Positions 1-12,450 of a stretch of 64,000 nucleotides of DNA are shown here, in pieces. A program made the position numbers and the translations under genes. Position 1 is the first letter of the stretch; each line of letters begins with the position of its first letter. The notes below the pieces were generated by a model that was not told the DNA's origin, made no database searches, and saw only the letters and a list, made by a program, of their open reading frames with translations. Source of the stretch: Harriotta raleighana (Eukaryota); the NCBI GenBank assembly GCA_050575255.1, contig JBNZDD010013610.1:1348366-1412365 (forward strand), in the 5' to 3' direction.

Positions 1-338
1 CCAGAGAGAGCAGCACAGGTATAATAATATGCATCCAGCTAAAATTTCCAGAATAAAGTTTTACAGACCTGGGTGCTTAAAGCTTGGCACCTGTGCAGAA
101 CACTTAAATCTGCTGTAACATTTCTGTAATATTATGGTAGAGAGTTGGCTGAGTGGCATCAAATGAAAACTGAGCTATTTTAATTGAAAACAAAATAGCA
201 CAAAGGTTGCCAAATTAAAAAAATTAAAGTCTTTTTTTTGGTGAAAACTCATAAGTTGCATTCACTGGAATGATTTACTAGTCACCAGAGAGAGCAGCAC
301 AGGTATAATAATATGCATCCAGCTAAAAGTTCCAGAAT
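1..338 (+). repeat. ~54-bp direct repeat (1-54 and 285-338), period 284 bp; the first copy may extend beyond the window start
   Basis: CCAGAGAGAGCAGCACAGGTATAATAATATGCATCCAGCTAAAA(T/G)TTCCAGAAT occurs twice with one mismatch. Confidence 0.9.
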
Positions 339-1184
339 TAATTTTGTGAAAATAATATTTTTTTCTATCAATTTTCCATGCAGAAGCATTATATTTATTT
401 GACTCAACCTGTAAAACTCTGAGGGATTTCTTCTTGATTCTACGTGCCTTTTTTAAATTAATCAAGGAAGCAGTAATTTTCCCGATATAATGAAACACTT
501 ATAAGGTAATTTAGAACATTTGGCAGCAGGTATCTACCTTCTACTGAGAAGCAAAGAAACCCTATGAAAGTGACTGGCCTTATTGATTATCCTGGCTACA
601 GACACCTTCACCTCTGCCATTTAAATGGTCAGAAAACCCAGTATTAAAGTATTCAAGGTTGCACTCACTGACTCTTGGGGATGGCTGGAGCAGAAGGGAA
701 ACTTGTCAATTACCTCCGTTAAATCAACTCTTAAACAGTGCTCACTGAACTGAAGGTAGACTGAGGGACAACCAATGAAAGTGCACCAGGAGTTGTGGGG
801 AAAGCAAAACTGGCTGCTAACGGGGTTAGGAAATGGGCTAATGGAGAATTGCCTTTGGAAGTCAATTAGTCAGGAAGGTGATTACAGTCTCAGGTCTTGT
901 TTGCCATTGTGTGGGTGGACCCATTGCTATGATATGTTAGCTATTCATTACCCCACCAAGTCAATTTGAGAATAGTCGTAAAACCAAGTGCTTCATTGTA
1001 GCAGACTGCAGCTTACTGTAAAGGAAAGATGTTGCATAGAAGGTGGACTAGTGCGAAGTGTGCTCTTTTAGTAATGGCATTAAAGAGCTAGCTGCTTGGT
1101 TTGAAATAAGTTTCAAATAGACTCCAAGGAAGTTTTTATTCTATTAAAATATAGAATATAAGCATATGGTTAGTAAACAGCAGA

Positions 1185-1360
1185 GAGCAGCCAGAGGCCT
1201 GACCTCTCCTCACCCAGCTGACACCCATACCCATGACACTCTCTCATACACTATCACTGCTCCAGTGCAGGCAGATGCAGGAATCCTAGTTGGTTTTCCC
1301 CTCTCTAACCCTGTGGAAAGCCTGTGCCAATTTGCCTACTGATGCAGCCTCTCTGAGCTG
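1185..1360 (-). mobile_element. Degenerate ancient SINE-like element, body fragment
   Basis: 1277-1316 (GCAGGAATCCTAGTTGGTTTTCCCCTCTCTAACCCTGTGG) is an approximate reverse complement of 1746-1788; resembles an interspersed repeat I recall from shark genomes. Confidence 0.5.
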
Positions 1361-1614
1361 GGTTTTTACAAAAAATTACAGTGCTCTGAGAAACCTCTGA
1401 ATTCTGTGATTCAAAGAGCGATTCTGAGAGCGTTTTGTGAGCCACCACCACATCGCCGGGTTGTGGGTTCCATAAAGTGCAGATTGCCTTCTGGCATTTT
1501 AAGCAATCTTAGAGGATTGTAATACCTTTGTGCAAAATAACATGTTGCATCAGCTTGTAGGTGGGTTGGCTCGTTGAGATTGTGGTTAAGCAATTGTTTA
1601 AATGGTTTTCCTTA

Positions 1615-1830
1615 TAGTTGAGTAGGTAAATGCACTGCCTATTGTGGTACTCAGCCACACAGTGAAACAAGGTCTCAGGATAAATCCCTGGTCCTAGCAC
1701 AGTCACTAATTAAATATCATCTGAATTGTCAGCTGGCATCAGTATCCCTGGGCTGGAGAAGGGGACAAACTAAGCAGGTTTCCAGTCCGAATCTTTTGTG
1801 TCACATGAACAATCATTGAAGTTGACTGAG
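1615..1830 (+). mobile_element. Degenerate ancient tRNA-derived SINE-like element, head and body
   Basis: Degenerate A-box-like GAGTAGGTAAATGCAC and B-box-like CAGGATAAATCCC, followed by a body similar to the minus-strand copy at 1185-1360. Confidence 0.5.
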
Positions 1831-2221
1831 GTGAGACATCGAATATTCATATGCAGAAATCCATCATATAAATAGTTCATGATTAAGCATTTATTCAGTG
1901 TTTCTCTGACACCGGGTGCATTGAGCATCATTTTCTTCCCGGTTATATTGGTCGACCAGTGAGTATCCCTAATCTGAACCAAAGATACAATCTGAATGTG
2001 TGGTTTAATTGTTTGAGCTGTAATGAACTTATCAGTTGATGATTGTTAGTGTGGTGTGAGGTGATACAGTGTATACTTGTAGAGGTTTCTCAGCCCTCAA
2101 ACTTTGTACTTCCGTGGCTGTTGTTGTGTTGGGAAAATGGGCTCCAAGATGAGGAAAAGATGTTACAGTGATTTCTGACAAATTATCAGCAATACTTGGA
2201 ACAAATACATTTGTTTACATT

Positions 2222-2298
2222 TTCCTGTGAATCCTATGCACTGAAACAGCCTACTGATGTGAAAGGCACTATATCAAATGTGAGGATTATTATTACTG
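2222..2298 (+). mobile_element. SINE 3' tail fragment
   Basis: TGTGAAAGGCACTATATCAAATGTGAGGATTATTATTA matches the tail of the full-length SINE at 3612-3911. Confidence 0.75.
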
Positions 2299-3354
2299 TA
2301 TTAGTTTTTTTTTCCGGTTCCACTTTACAGAATGGATTGATAGATGATACAGAAGTCATTTTTTTCAGCACATCATACAGTGTATTTTTTCACCCTTCAG
2401 TAGGAATACCTGTTTCCGCAGCTTTGCTTTCTGTCGACCGGTGTAATACTTTAAAGATCAAATAGCACAGATAACCCCACTGACTTCATAAAACTGTCCA
2501 TGTTCCTCCTCACACACAGACACCAGTGGTCTTTCTGGATTCTGGGCAGCCATTATATTAGCAATGATTATGCTGTACTGTGCAGTGCACTGAGAATGTG
2601 CTTTACAATACAGTATTGCATCCAATTCTGTATCCAGTGGTTTAACGGTTATTATTTGAGGAGTACAATCCAGTTTTACAATCCATCTACATTGTTATAA
2701 ATAAGTTTGCCAGTGAGGAATACAATGTACAATTCAGTAATTAGATACACATGGACTAACTGCACATAAACTTAATGATTCATTGTTGCACAATGGATAT
2801 GAATGTACAGTAGTTTGAATATTATGGCTTTACAATATAAATGTGCACATAATTTAACATTGCATGTCTTTTCCCTCTTGTTTTAAACCTGTGATAAGTC
2901 CAAATATAAAGAGACCAGGCTGAGTATGGTTGGACAAAAATGTACTGCAACTCAGTCTACTATCAATAAAACAACAGGGTTTTTCCTTCCAGTTCTGGTA
3001 GACTCTTGCATAGTAATTTTATGTGTTAGTCAATGGAAAGAAGAGTTCTTTATTTGACATTCACAAAATGTTACGACACACAAGATACAAGCTGCTATGA
3101 TCAACGCATTATTTGCCTTTTCAGGTTTTATTTTTGCAGATGTTCAAATATACAAGCATTCAGAAAGTGGTTTAGAAGCAACTGAAGGATAAATATACAA
3201 CTTACAAAAGTGGACTGAATCAATGAATAAGCTCTTCCCAATCCCATCCTCTTTATCCACTGATATTAAAGAACTACTCACCTAAGGCTCACCAATACTC
3301 TATTGATATCACCGTGTCAGATATTATTAATGTATAAGAACTTCAAGCATGAAG

Positions 3355-3420
3355 AATAATAATCCTTGCACTTCACATAGTGCTTTAGCACATTGTTGAG
3401 ACGTCGCAAAGTGCTTCATT
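3355..3420 (-). mobile_element. SINE 3' tail fragment
   Basis: AATAATAATCCTTGCACTTCACATAGTGCTTT...GAGACGTCGCAAAGTGCTTCA is the reverse complement of the SINE tail. Confidence 0.75.
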
Positions 3421-3611
3421 CCTAAGGATTTTTTTTAATGGTATCACTGGTATCGTAATGCTATCACGATAGCAGCTAGAGTGTTGGGTGTGCTAACCAC
3501 CTACTCTGTTGTTAAATTACAATCGGCCACAAAAAACTGCAGACCAAAAAGAACCATCATCAGAACAAGAAGCAACATGTCTTGGAGAGACTTTCAGACC
3601 ATCATCATCGT

Positions 3612-3911
3612 GGAGTCCAGTAACTATGTGGTTAGAGTACTCCTCTTATAAGAGAGAGACCTGGGTTCGATTCCAGGCAGGGCAAAACCTTGGGCATGTT
3701 TCTTTATTCCACACGCCTGATAATAATTCAAGAAAAAATCCCAGAAATAAATTGGTCATCTCATTTCACGACTGTTTGTGGGACACTGCTGTGTTCAATT
3801 AGCTATCGCATTTGCCCGCAAATGTACAGTCAATTCACTTTACAATATCGTCGTGAAGCACTTTGTCTAGACATGATAATGAACTATATCAACGTAAGGA
3901 TTATTATTATC
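3612..3911 (+). mobile_element. Full-length tRNA-derived SINE with DeuSINE/L2-type 3' tail
   Basis: tRNA-like head with A-box (TATGTGGTTAGAG) and perfect B-box GGTTCGATTCC (3664-3674); body GACTGTTTGTGGGACACTGCTGTG; ends in AAGGA(TTA)n; colinear with the copy at 16971-17290. Confidence 0.9.
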
Positions 3912-4125
3912 ACAATCATGAATATTAAAGGTTCAACATTTGCTGTTTCAAGAATTCAAAGAACACCTGTTATAAAACCTTGTATCCTTAATGCTTTCAC
4001 AATCCATCTTACATCCTGTTGTGTTAACAATGGCCATTTACATTTACACAGGGCTTTTCATACTGAGAAGACGTCTCAATACAGTTCACATTGAGGATTA
4101 GGAGCCTGTGTGTTTGTGTGTGTGG

Positions 4126-4258
4126 GGCGGGGGGGGGGGGNNNNNNNNNNNNNNNNNNNNNNNNNNNNNNNNNNNNNNNNNNNNNNNNNNNNNNNNNNNN
4201 NNNNNNNNNNNNNNNNNNNNNNNNNNNNNNNNNNNNNNNNNNNNNNNNNNNNNNNNNN

Positions 4259-4353
<95 letters not shown>
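4126..4353. other. Assembly gap (N 4141-4258) flanked by poly-G runs
   Basis: Directly visible Ns; pure G run 4259-4353, probably a sequencing or gap-fill artefact. Confidence 0.95.
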
Positions 4354-4354
<1 letters not shown>

Positions 4355-5574
4355 CAAGATACGGTGAGACTGGAAGGGAGAAATACGCCGAAAAGCATAT
4401 CTTTTGTTTAGCCTGCTCCAGTGCTGTAAACTCCAACCAACCTCAAGGAAGGTAGTCATTTACATTAAGCTGCCTTCCTGGCAGGAGATCTTGGATGAAA
4501 GCAATGTCCTTTTTTGATGATCTGCATGATCTGGTGACTTGCTTATTGCAACTCGATATGGACCAATGGTTTGAGTGTGTTTCATCTTCCGAAACATACA
4601 AAGCAAAAGCCACTCAGAAATCTGTACATGCAATCACCAAAATTTCCAACTCATATTTTTGTATCTGCAGACTTAGGTTTCCTCTCCCTTCCCTTCCCTC
4701 CCCCACTGAATTCCTCGAGGAACGCGAGTGACACAAAGGGAATATAATAGCACTCTTATGAGATTTTCGTCTTTTTAGCATGAAAATAAATTGGGAACAG
4801 GTTAGCAGGGAATGATCTAATGTAGAATAGATGGCAGGAGGAAAAAGCTATACACTTTATCACTCAGATGGGTCCCCGGACTCATCATTGAGAAAGAGTA
4901 TCTAAGATGTAGCAGACAAATCTGCCAAAGACGATGCCCAGTTATATTGATCAGATGATAAGTAGGTGGCTGGTGTGACTTCATTGCATCGAATAGGTTG
5001 GCATTTGCCAGCATTATGTTTTGTTGATGCCTGCTTGCTCTCCTTGTTTTAAACAGAGATTACAGTGACCTGCGCATTGTCAATGCTGCATCTCATTTGC
5101 TGAGTTCGATAAATGGATTTTACAACTGCATGTGTTCTAAGCAGTTTGGGTTTGGTTTGTCCGGTTGCAAAACGATAAACGGCACAATTTAGTCCCCACT
5201 TGAAAATGGTCAAGAATAAAAAGCATGAAACATAATGCGCGTTAGATGATGCTTATCGCTCACCTTGAAATGGGAGTGTTTCATTTTAATATCGACGATT
5301 TTTAAATATTCATAATTAATGCCACTCTCCGGAGGTATCGGAGGATTTTATTATTAATTTATAGCTCATTATTTACTCATAGATTTATTAAGAGAGGTAA
5401 AAAAACAATTTATCATGGTTTGGGATAATTGTCTAAAACTGACTCGAAGTTCACTGAATTAAGTCTTCTGTATCATTGCAGAACTTCTTCTGTTTGTGAG
5501 AATTAAAAAGTTAAGACTCTAAGGTAAGCAGCTGAGCAGCAGTAAAGGAAATCTCTTCTCTCTTCATCATTCGT

Positions 5575-5670
5575 GTTTACAGTTAATTTGTAGTTAAAAG
5601 TGCTTTGAGACATCTTGATGATGTGATAAGAAGCCACATCAAATTCAAGGATCATTATTATCGTTATATT
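5575..5670 (+). mobile_element. SINE 3' tail fragment
   Basis: AAGTGCTTTGAGACATCTTGATGATGTGATAAGAAGCCACATCAAATTCAAGGATCATTATTAT. Confidence 0.75.
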
Positions 5671-6308
5671 ACCGATTATTAAAACAATTTTGGGAATTTA
5701 ATGTTACATTCCGATTCAATTTTATATCCAAGTTTAACCCCCCCAAAAAACCTACACCTCTGAGTCGAGGAGGGCAAATTCAAGAATCTTACTGAGCAGA
5801 TCAAAAGAGGCTACAGTCCTCATCAACCGGTTTACTTGAATAGCACAGAGCAAGAATAACCCTTTTGTCTGAACAGTTGAATTCTGGCCACAGCAAAGCA
5901 GTGCATAAACACAAAGGTATTTTGTAACAATGCTCTTCTCAATATAAAAAAAATGCTTATTTACTTTTTTTCATTGCATATTCTCTGGCTAAATGACTTT
6001 TGCATTTCCTTTTGTCAAAGCAGCTAATAATATTCAAACCAAATCACCCTTAAAAAACAATTGTCTGTGTGAATTTTATTGGAACCCATAAGATAAAACT
6101 TGAATGTTATCAGATTTCATATTTGTTTCAGATACTTACCAAACTGATTTTGTAAAATATTTGAATTTACAGATTTTTTAATAGAAAATCATAGAATGCT
6201 TTTTTATAAGTGTTCCACAATAATGAAAATTCAACAATGATTAAGAGAAGAATAAAGACTGTTATTGCAGAACCACAGGAGAAAAAATATATAATTTAAG
6301 AGACTCTA

Positions 6309-6540
6309 AGGGAAAAATTCTATCTGAGTCTAGATTTGCTCTATTGATATAGCATTCTATATGATCCAGAATTTGCCCGAATCTTAGATAACCCTTACTT
6401 TTTAAGCAGTTTTTCTGTCACTTTTGCTTATAAGAACTGCAGAAAACGTGTGTTAAAGTAAAGCCTGAATTTAGCAATTTGCCAAATTCTGGACCGTGAA
6501 ATGCTAGTGAATCTAGATGGGAGGAAGAATTTATTTCCCC
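6309..6540. mobile_element. ~230-bp imperfect palindromic (foldback/MITE-like) repeat, copy 1
   Basis: Nested inverted segments GGGAAAAATTC/GAATTTATTTCCC, TCTAGATT/AATCTAGA, TAGCATT/AATGCTA, TCCAGAATTTG/CAAATTCTGGA, TTACTTTTTAA/TTAAAGTAA, TTTTCTG/CAGAAAA; second copy at 39353-39586. Confidence 0.7.
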
Positions 6541-6879
6541 CTGTCTGTCTGTAGCTTCAATTGTTTTATCTGGCATAATCACTGTTATAAAATTATCAGT
6601 CACAGCCTGAAATAAAATGTTGCCTACTCTATAAAACATCAGAGTAGGTGAATTGAAGTTATGCTCCAATTATCACCTTCACTCCCATGATGGAAGTGGT
6701 TAAATTTTACTGTGTTTTAAAACTTCAGACACAGAGGTTGCAGAGCATGTTGGAAGTGTTATCTGAATGACGGGAGCTGCAAGATGTTTATGGAATAAAA
6801 ATTAAATAAATGCAGGCACTGCAGTTTTTGAATGCATTCGACAAAACAATATCTATTTTCTGTTACACTCATTCAAGAT

Positions 6880-7130
6880 TGGCAGAGGTGCCATCCTTTT
6901 GTATGAGATATTCAATCAAGACTGTCTATTTGATCAGGTAAACATGAAAGATCCTATGACACCATTCAAAAAGAGAAGGAAGTTTCTCCTGAAGTCTGGG
7001 TCAATAATCTCTTTGTGGGTTGTGTTTGTTTCATAAAGCTACTTTGTTTGCCGATAAAAACAGTCACTACACTCAGTAATTACCTGTGAAGTGCTATGAG
7101 ATGTTTCGCCGTGATAAAGTACCGCAACAG
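6880..7130 (+). mobile_element. DeuSINE-type element (Deu domain plus tail), old and 5'-truncated
   Basis: GAGGTGCCATCCTTTTGTATGAGAT...AAAGATCCTATGACACCATTCAAAAAGAGAAGGAAGTTTCTCC resembles the Deu domain of SacSINE1/AmnSINE1-type SINEs; colinear with 24533-24860. Confidence 0.7.
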
Positions 7131-8037
7131 GCTCGACCTTCCTTTAAGGCACATATTAAACTTGTGAAAATTAAGTGCTGTAAAATTAACCAACATGCAC
7201 TTTAAAGCAAGTAATAAAACAAATCTTTATTAATATGGATATTGATTCAAAGTAGTTTGTATCAACACGCTATTTGTGCCTTTACTAAACAAACATCATT
7301 AATGCAACCTCATATTGAACAACAGCATTCATGCTTTTGTGGATAAAATATTTTGTCTTATTACTCGGCAAATCTCTTGCTGAAAATACAGTGCGTTTGT
7401 GCTTTGAATTTACTTAAGGTGAACAAAAATTGTAGCAAACACCTGAGATAACATATTTTGCTAAAAGTCTTGCTAAGCATTTCACGTTAATTTTGTGGTG
7501 ATTTAATAGATAATAATCTCAATATTTGTACTTGATTCATGTCCAGTAAGAATATTAGAGCTATTAAAATCCGCAGAAGCCTTTTATTCATTAAACCAAT
7601 GATGGCGTCTTCATCATTCACTTCGATTGTATTGCTCTACCTATACATTTTCTGGAGATTTTTAGAAGGGATAATTAAGTCTTTTTTTTTAACTTAGCCA
7701 TTAATTTCATGAACCTAATTGGAAGCATAAAATTCTTCATTTCATGCATCTGAAACATTGTTTTTCATATAACCATGATTCAATAGTATAATTGATGACT
7801 GGAATGGGCTCTTACATAAGGCACAAAATCACTATGTTGGCAGAATAAATAATCTGTTGCTTTATACTGTGCATAGTTCCAAATTATATTCATGTCAGTG
7901 GCTGCTCTGTGTTTCATCATATGAACAGAATTCTTGAACTATCATAAACATGAATATCAAAGTTCTCAAATAGTTTTAAATTCAGTCCTATTCTGGACCA
8001 TATTTTGTGAAATACATACATAATATATTCAAGATCA

Positions 8038-8182
8038 CAAGAATGATTTGAATGCAGAAGGCCCATTGGCTCATCCAAACTCATCCCTCCAGAACACCCA
8101 CCCCACCATCCTCCCATCACAGCATCAAGTTGATTTTTAAATGAGTCCTAGTGTCCCGGCCTCAACCATCCTCCCCAGCCAT
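8038..8182 (-). mobile_element. CR1 LINE 3' end fragment
   Basis: Approximate reverse complement of the CR1 3' end at 36570-36770 (TGGTTGAGGCC...GACTCATTTAA...GTGATGGGA...GGTGGGTGTTCT). Confidence 0.7.
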
Positions 8183-10519
8183 GTCTTTGTTCAGGAATTC
8201 CTGGTCACTACATTACCAGAGTGTTGGATTCTGAACTTGAAGACCCAAGTGTACATTCAAATTCCTTCATATGTGAGGAAACTCCTATATGTTGTATACA
8301 CTGACTAGAATTTCTGGATCCAGCTTGATGTATTTCATTTTATTTTCACAAGACTTTGGTCTTATCTGGTGATTGCACTTTCATCGGAATATAGGAAGGC
8401 GACTGAATGTATTGAAATTCATCCAGTTGTGATTTCACAGTTTGACACACACAGGAAATTGAGTTAGCTTTTCTGTGATTTAGGGAAACTTTGCATTAAA
8501 GGTTCTTAACAGCACTAAACTACAAGTAGGTCCCTCAAAGAATCTGCATCCAGGTCTAGAGGTAACACTGGAACATGGAGGAATTTTTATTTAAGCAACA
8601 TTATACACATCAGAATATGGTGATACAATTTTAAATCAAGTTCTTCCAAAGACAGATGTCAGGGTGTGATATTCTGCTGCGGGGATTTTTCATATGATTG
8701 ATTCTCTAATAATTCAATAAAAAGAGATGGTGATGGAAGTGATAAGAAGCCCCATTAGCTTGAAACGTAGCGTGTTGGATTTCCTATGTAGTGTGCCACA
8801 TAGTGCCATGTTGTCTGTCTTTTAACAACATTAAAACCTCAATATGTAATGCAGCATTTGGAACAAAATTAAATGACGCAATGAACAACAGGCACCAAGT
8901 TTACTGGCATTGGCAACTTTGTTTGGAATTCGCTAGAAAAAGTCCAGTGTAGTACTCAGGTGTTGGATTAACAATGTAATACAGGGGAGTGAGAAGGCAT
9001 AAAGGCATTGGAAGAATCTCCAAGTCAATGCCGTAGTGATTTTTCAGAGTAGTTGAATCTTTCACCAGTGAGTTTCTTATACACATGCTTAGAATTATTT
9101 GCATATCCTTACTAGTAAATGCAAAATAACCGTATTTCCTTCAGCATAAAAGGGACACAGATAAGATATTGAACATTATCAATATTTATCAAGTTCATCA
9201 AATATCATTTATAATAATACTGTAACAATAATAGTCCTCCCATTTGGAGGATATCATAAAGCACTTCACAGGATTTATTGTTGTGTTTAATGACTGTATT
9301 TTGCAGTTGAACATTTATAGAAACAAGTATCAGTTCCAGAATTATTTTGCAGCATTACATTCATAGAAGAATATTGACTTGCACCGAACAAAGTATGTAT
9401 TACATGACACTGCCATTGCTTACTGTTTTAAAGAAAAGAAAAATGAAATGTTGTTTTTGATAACATTTAGTGACTATGCCGACGAATATTGAAATGATTC
9501 ATGTTTTCAATGTATCATCCTTGTGTTTAATGTGCCTCCTGCCTCTTGCATCGTCATGCGTTTATGTAAAACTTGATTATTCAGACTCATTCAGATGACT
9601 TTATTCAATCTGCATTTTATCAGCTCCTTGTGATGGCCAGCAGACAATAATCTAAAGCTCTTATATTTTAGACACTGTTACCAGTGAGACTGAGATTCTG
9701 CTGCTCGTCCATTGGCTCGAAATCATTATCTCCAGACACTGAGGTCAAGCAAATTGGAACTCTGCACTTTGCAACGAAGTGTACGGTGGAATTCCACTAG
9801 TAGGTGGCAAACAGTGGTCACACTTTTAAGTTATTATTGAGCAAGGAATGTGTTCATTTCCGTGTTGACATTCAAAATCGTGAGGCTGTTCTAATGGACT
9901 GCCCCGGAACTTTTAAACTTCTTGTTAGGTTTGAAAGTTTGTCTCGGCTGTGGCAACACCTGGATTTTACGGTGGCTTTCGGTAACTGATAGAACTTGGC
10001 AGTCACGTTCTGAATACCCATGAGTCTATCCGGGGTTTAAAGGCCAGACTACTTTTGAGTGTTTGTTTATGACGACAGCATCACCAGCCTTCTGAGGAAC
10101 AGGATTCTGAACCTCCGGGTCAAAATGTGGGAAGCATTCCAACAGTGGCTGGCAAGGTGACAAGTCAATTAGTCGCTTATTTATAGGTCTGTTGATTAAA
10201 GCATAATTGATCAATCAATTATAAACGGTTAATCAGCATAGCATGAGATACCACGGTGTGCGCAATGCATTGTGTTTTCCTTGTTGTTAATAATTCAGCG
10301 CAATATTCTTTTATTTGGTTGAATGTTGCTGTGTGTTGTAAAAAATGTGCTGTAATTGAAGTATACTTAAAAAGACATAAAAAAAACAGTGTGGAAAAGT
10401 GAGATGCTGGAGGTACAACTATGAAAGCAGAGGTTATTATATTTAGAACACAGTGTGGAAGGTTTTGGGGGGGAGACTTGCTCTTATAAAGACAATTATA
10501 ATGGTAATCCTTACATAAA

Positions 10520-10620
10520 GCAGCGGCTTATCGTAAACGCATCAAAAGGCTTTAAACGACAAAAACAAAATTACATTTGTATAGCGCGTTTCACTTCAGG
10601 AGGACGTCCCATGGCACTGA
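10520..10620 (-). mobile_element. L2-type 3' tail fragment
   Basis: AACAAAATTACATTTGTATAGCGCGTTTCACTTCAGGAGGACGTCCCATGGCACTG matches the L2 tail at 45841-45910. Confidence 0.8.
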
Positions 10621-12425
10621 AAATCCACTCTTCCAGAAATTTACTGTAGCATGTATAAACTGTGTATTTTGTTGACAAATATGTTTTTTGGGGGGTGTGG
10701 GGGTGGGTGGAAGGAAAATGTTATATATTGAAAAATAATCTAACTCCCTAGCAAGTTGATTGAAGTCATCTCTATTTTGCAAAGTTCCCACCACATCTCT
10801 CCACCCTGTGGCAAGCGATGCATTTCTTTGTATCCACTTGTTCCCATCGAACAAATGGTGCACAATGTGCAAGGAAATGAATGGTGTCGCAGCAAATGTT
10901 CCTGTTAGACAGATGCTCTCATTAATCTGCTAATAAACAGCAGAGCCACCAAGGTGACAGCATTCTTATCATTCGGCATCCCAAAAAATGGGCAGTGGCT
11001 GATAGCCAGTGATAGAACACTAGACACCGGATAATTTAATCCTAAAGTTTGATCATTCTTTCTCCTAGTGAGTGCGTAATAAATCTTTGCTGTTATTTTA
11101 TTAGAGTAAAAATGTGTGCGTATGTGTGGTGGGGAGCGGGGTGGGTGGGTAAATCAAATATTGGTGTTTATTGTTTTTTTTATTTGATAACCCAATGTGA
11201 GAATGATCAAAGGGAGGGTGATGTGCATTGCAATACACTAACAGCATATTGCGTGTGGCAGGTCACAGAATAAAACATGACAGAGTATAAATATTTTATT
11301 TGGAAAGATGCTTCATTTGAGTGTTTTAAGAGCACAAGAGTAAAAATATATTTTTCCGTAGCCATCGTGTTTTGTAAATTAGCTATTTGGATATTCCTCC
11401 TTGGGAAGCTTGCGATTTAAATTCTGTTTTCATTTTAAAATAACTAAATATATATTTATCCGTTAAGGAAATACATTTTTTTTAAAATGGTTGCGAGCAA
11501 ATAAACCGGGCCGTGTTCTGTTCAGTGTTTCGACAACAATAAAAAAAGAAGTCTGCAATTCAAAGCTATTTGACCCATGCAAAATGCAAAGCATCTGCTT
11601 TCTCCTTTTACACCTTCCTCTTGGCTTTATACAGTATTGTTCCTTGGAAGCATTCTAACAAAGGCTTAAAGTACTAAAGAGACATGGAAAATAATGCAGA
11701 AAACTTTTGCTTTAAACAAAAAGGCAGCACATCCGTTTCATCCTATTTTTCAAATGCAAAGAAAGAACAAAAATGTTTTTTTTCAGTGCCTTTTAATATA
11801 TATTTTCTATCTTGAACAGTGTGTGTGAGTGGGGAGACGGAGAAGCATAGCCCTGGAAAATAGAGGTTGTTTTTATTCTCCTCCCCATTCTCTCAGAAAT
11901 TACAGTTGCAGTCCTCTGAGGGTTAAAATCTCATCCTATGGTAACTCATCCAAAAGATTAAGAGATGAATATCTTACTGAACGGTTTGCTGGGAGAGAAT
12001 GGCAGACTTTAGTGACCACTACATCTGGTTAAGGGAGAAAAATGCAGGCAGCAGGTGAAAGAGAAATGAATTTTCCCAAGCTCCTGGGTCTTTTAAGCTG
12101 CTAATCATGGGCTGCTTGTGAGTGGTCCTGCTGGGTTTTGGAGTATGCCGTTAGCTGCTTTTAGCAAATCACGCTCACAGCAGTGGCCTTTAGTTTGGAA
12201 TGGATTCACAAATTTTCTGCCGGTACAAAAAAAAATTATCATCTCAGGCCAGACTTCTTTTCGAAATTAATGATGGGGACATGTGGAAAAGGTGTCAAAT
12301 TGTGATAAAATGTTCAGTCAAAATAACCGCAAATTTTGTCTGGAATTGAAGACAAAATGAAATAATTTCACTCTGCCTTGCTTTTTGTTTTCTGACCATT
12401 TCTGCCAATTCTCTGAGGAGGTTAG

Positions 12426-12450
12426 ACAGAGAGAGAGAGAGAGAGAGAGC
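12426..12450. repeat. (GA)n microsatellite
   Basis: Directly visible. Confidence 0.9.

Noticed and set aside
3612-3690. tRNA gene (A and B boxes present)
   Set aside because: Continues into a SINE body and tail, so it is a SINE head; the same applies to the heads at 17290 and 44164
4076-4459. Poly-Pro and poly-Gly ORFs
   Set aside because: They arise from the poly-G run and the N gap; artefact, not coding sequence
5482-5523. Plus-strand micro-exon (TTGCAG...AAG|GTAAGC)
   Set aside because: Stops in all three frames and no other support; such motifs are common by chance
9797-9810. CTCF-like motif CTAGTAGGTGGCA
   Set aside because: Mismatch in the core, single occurrence, and not supportable without ChIP or conservation data
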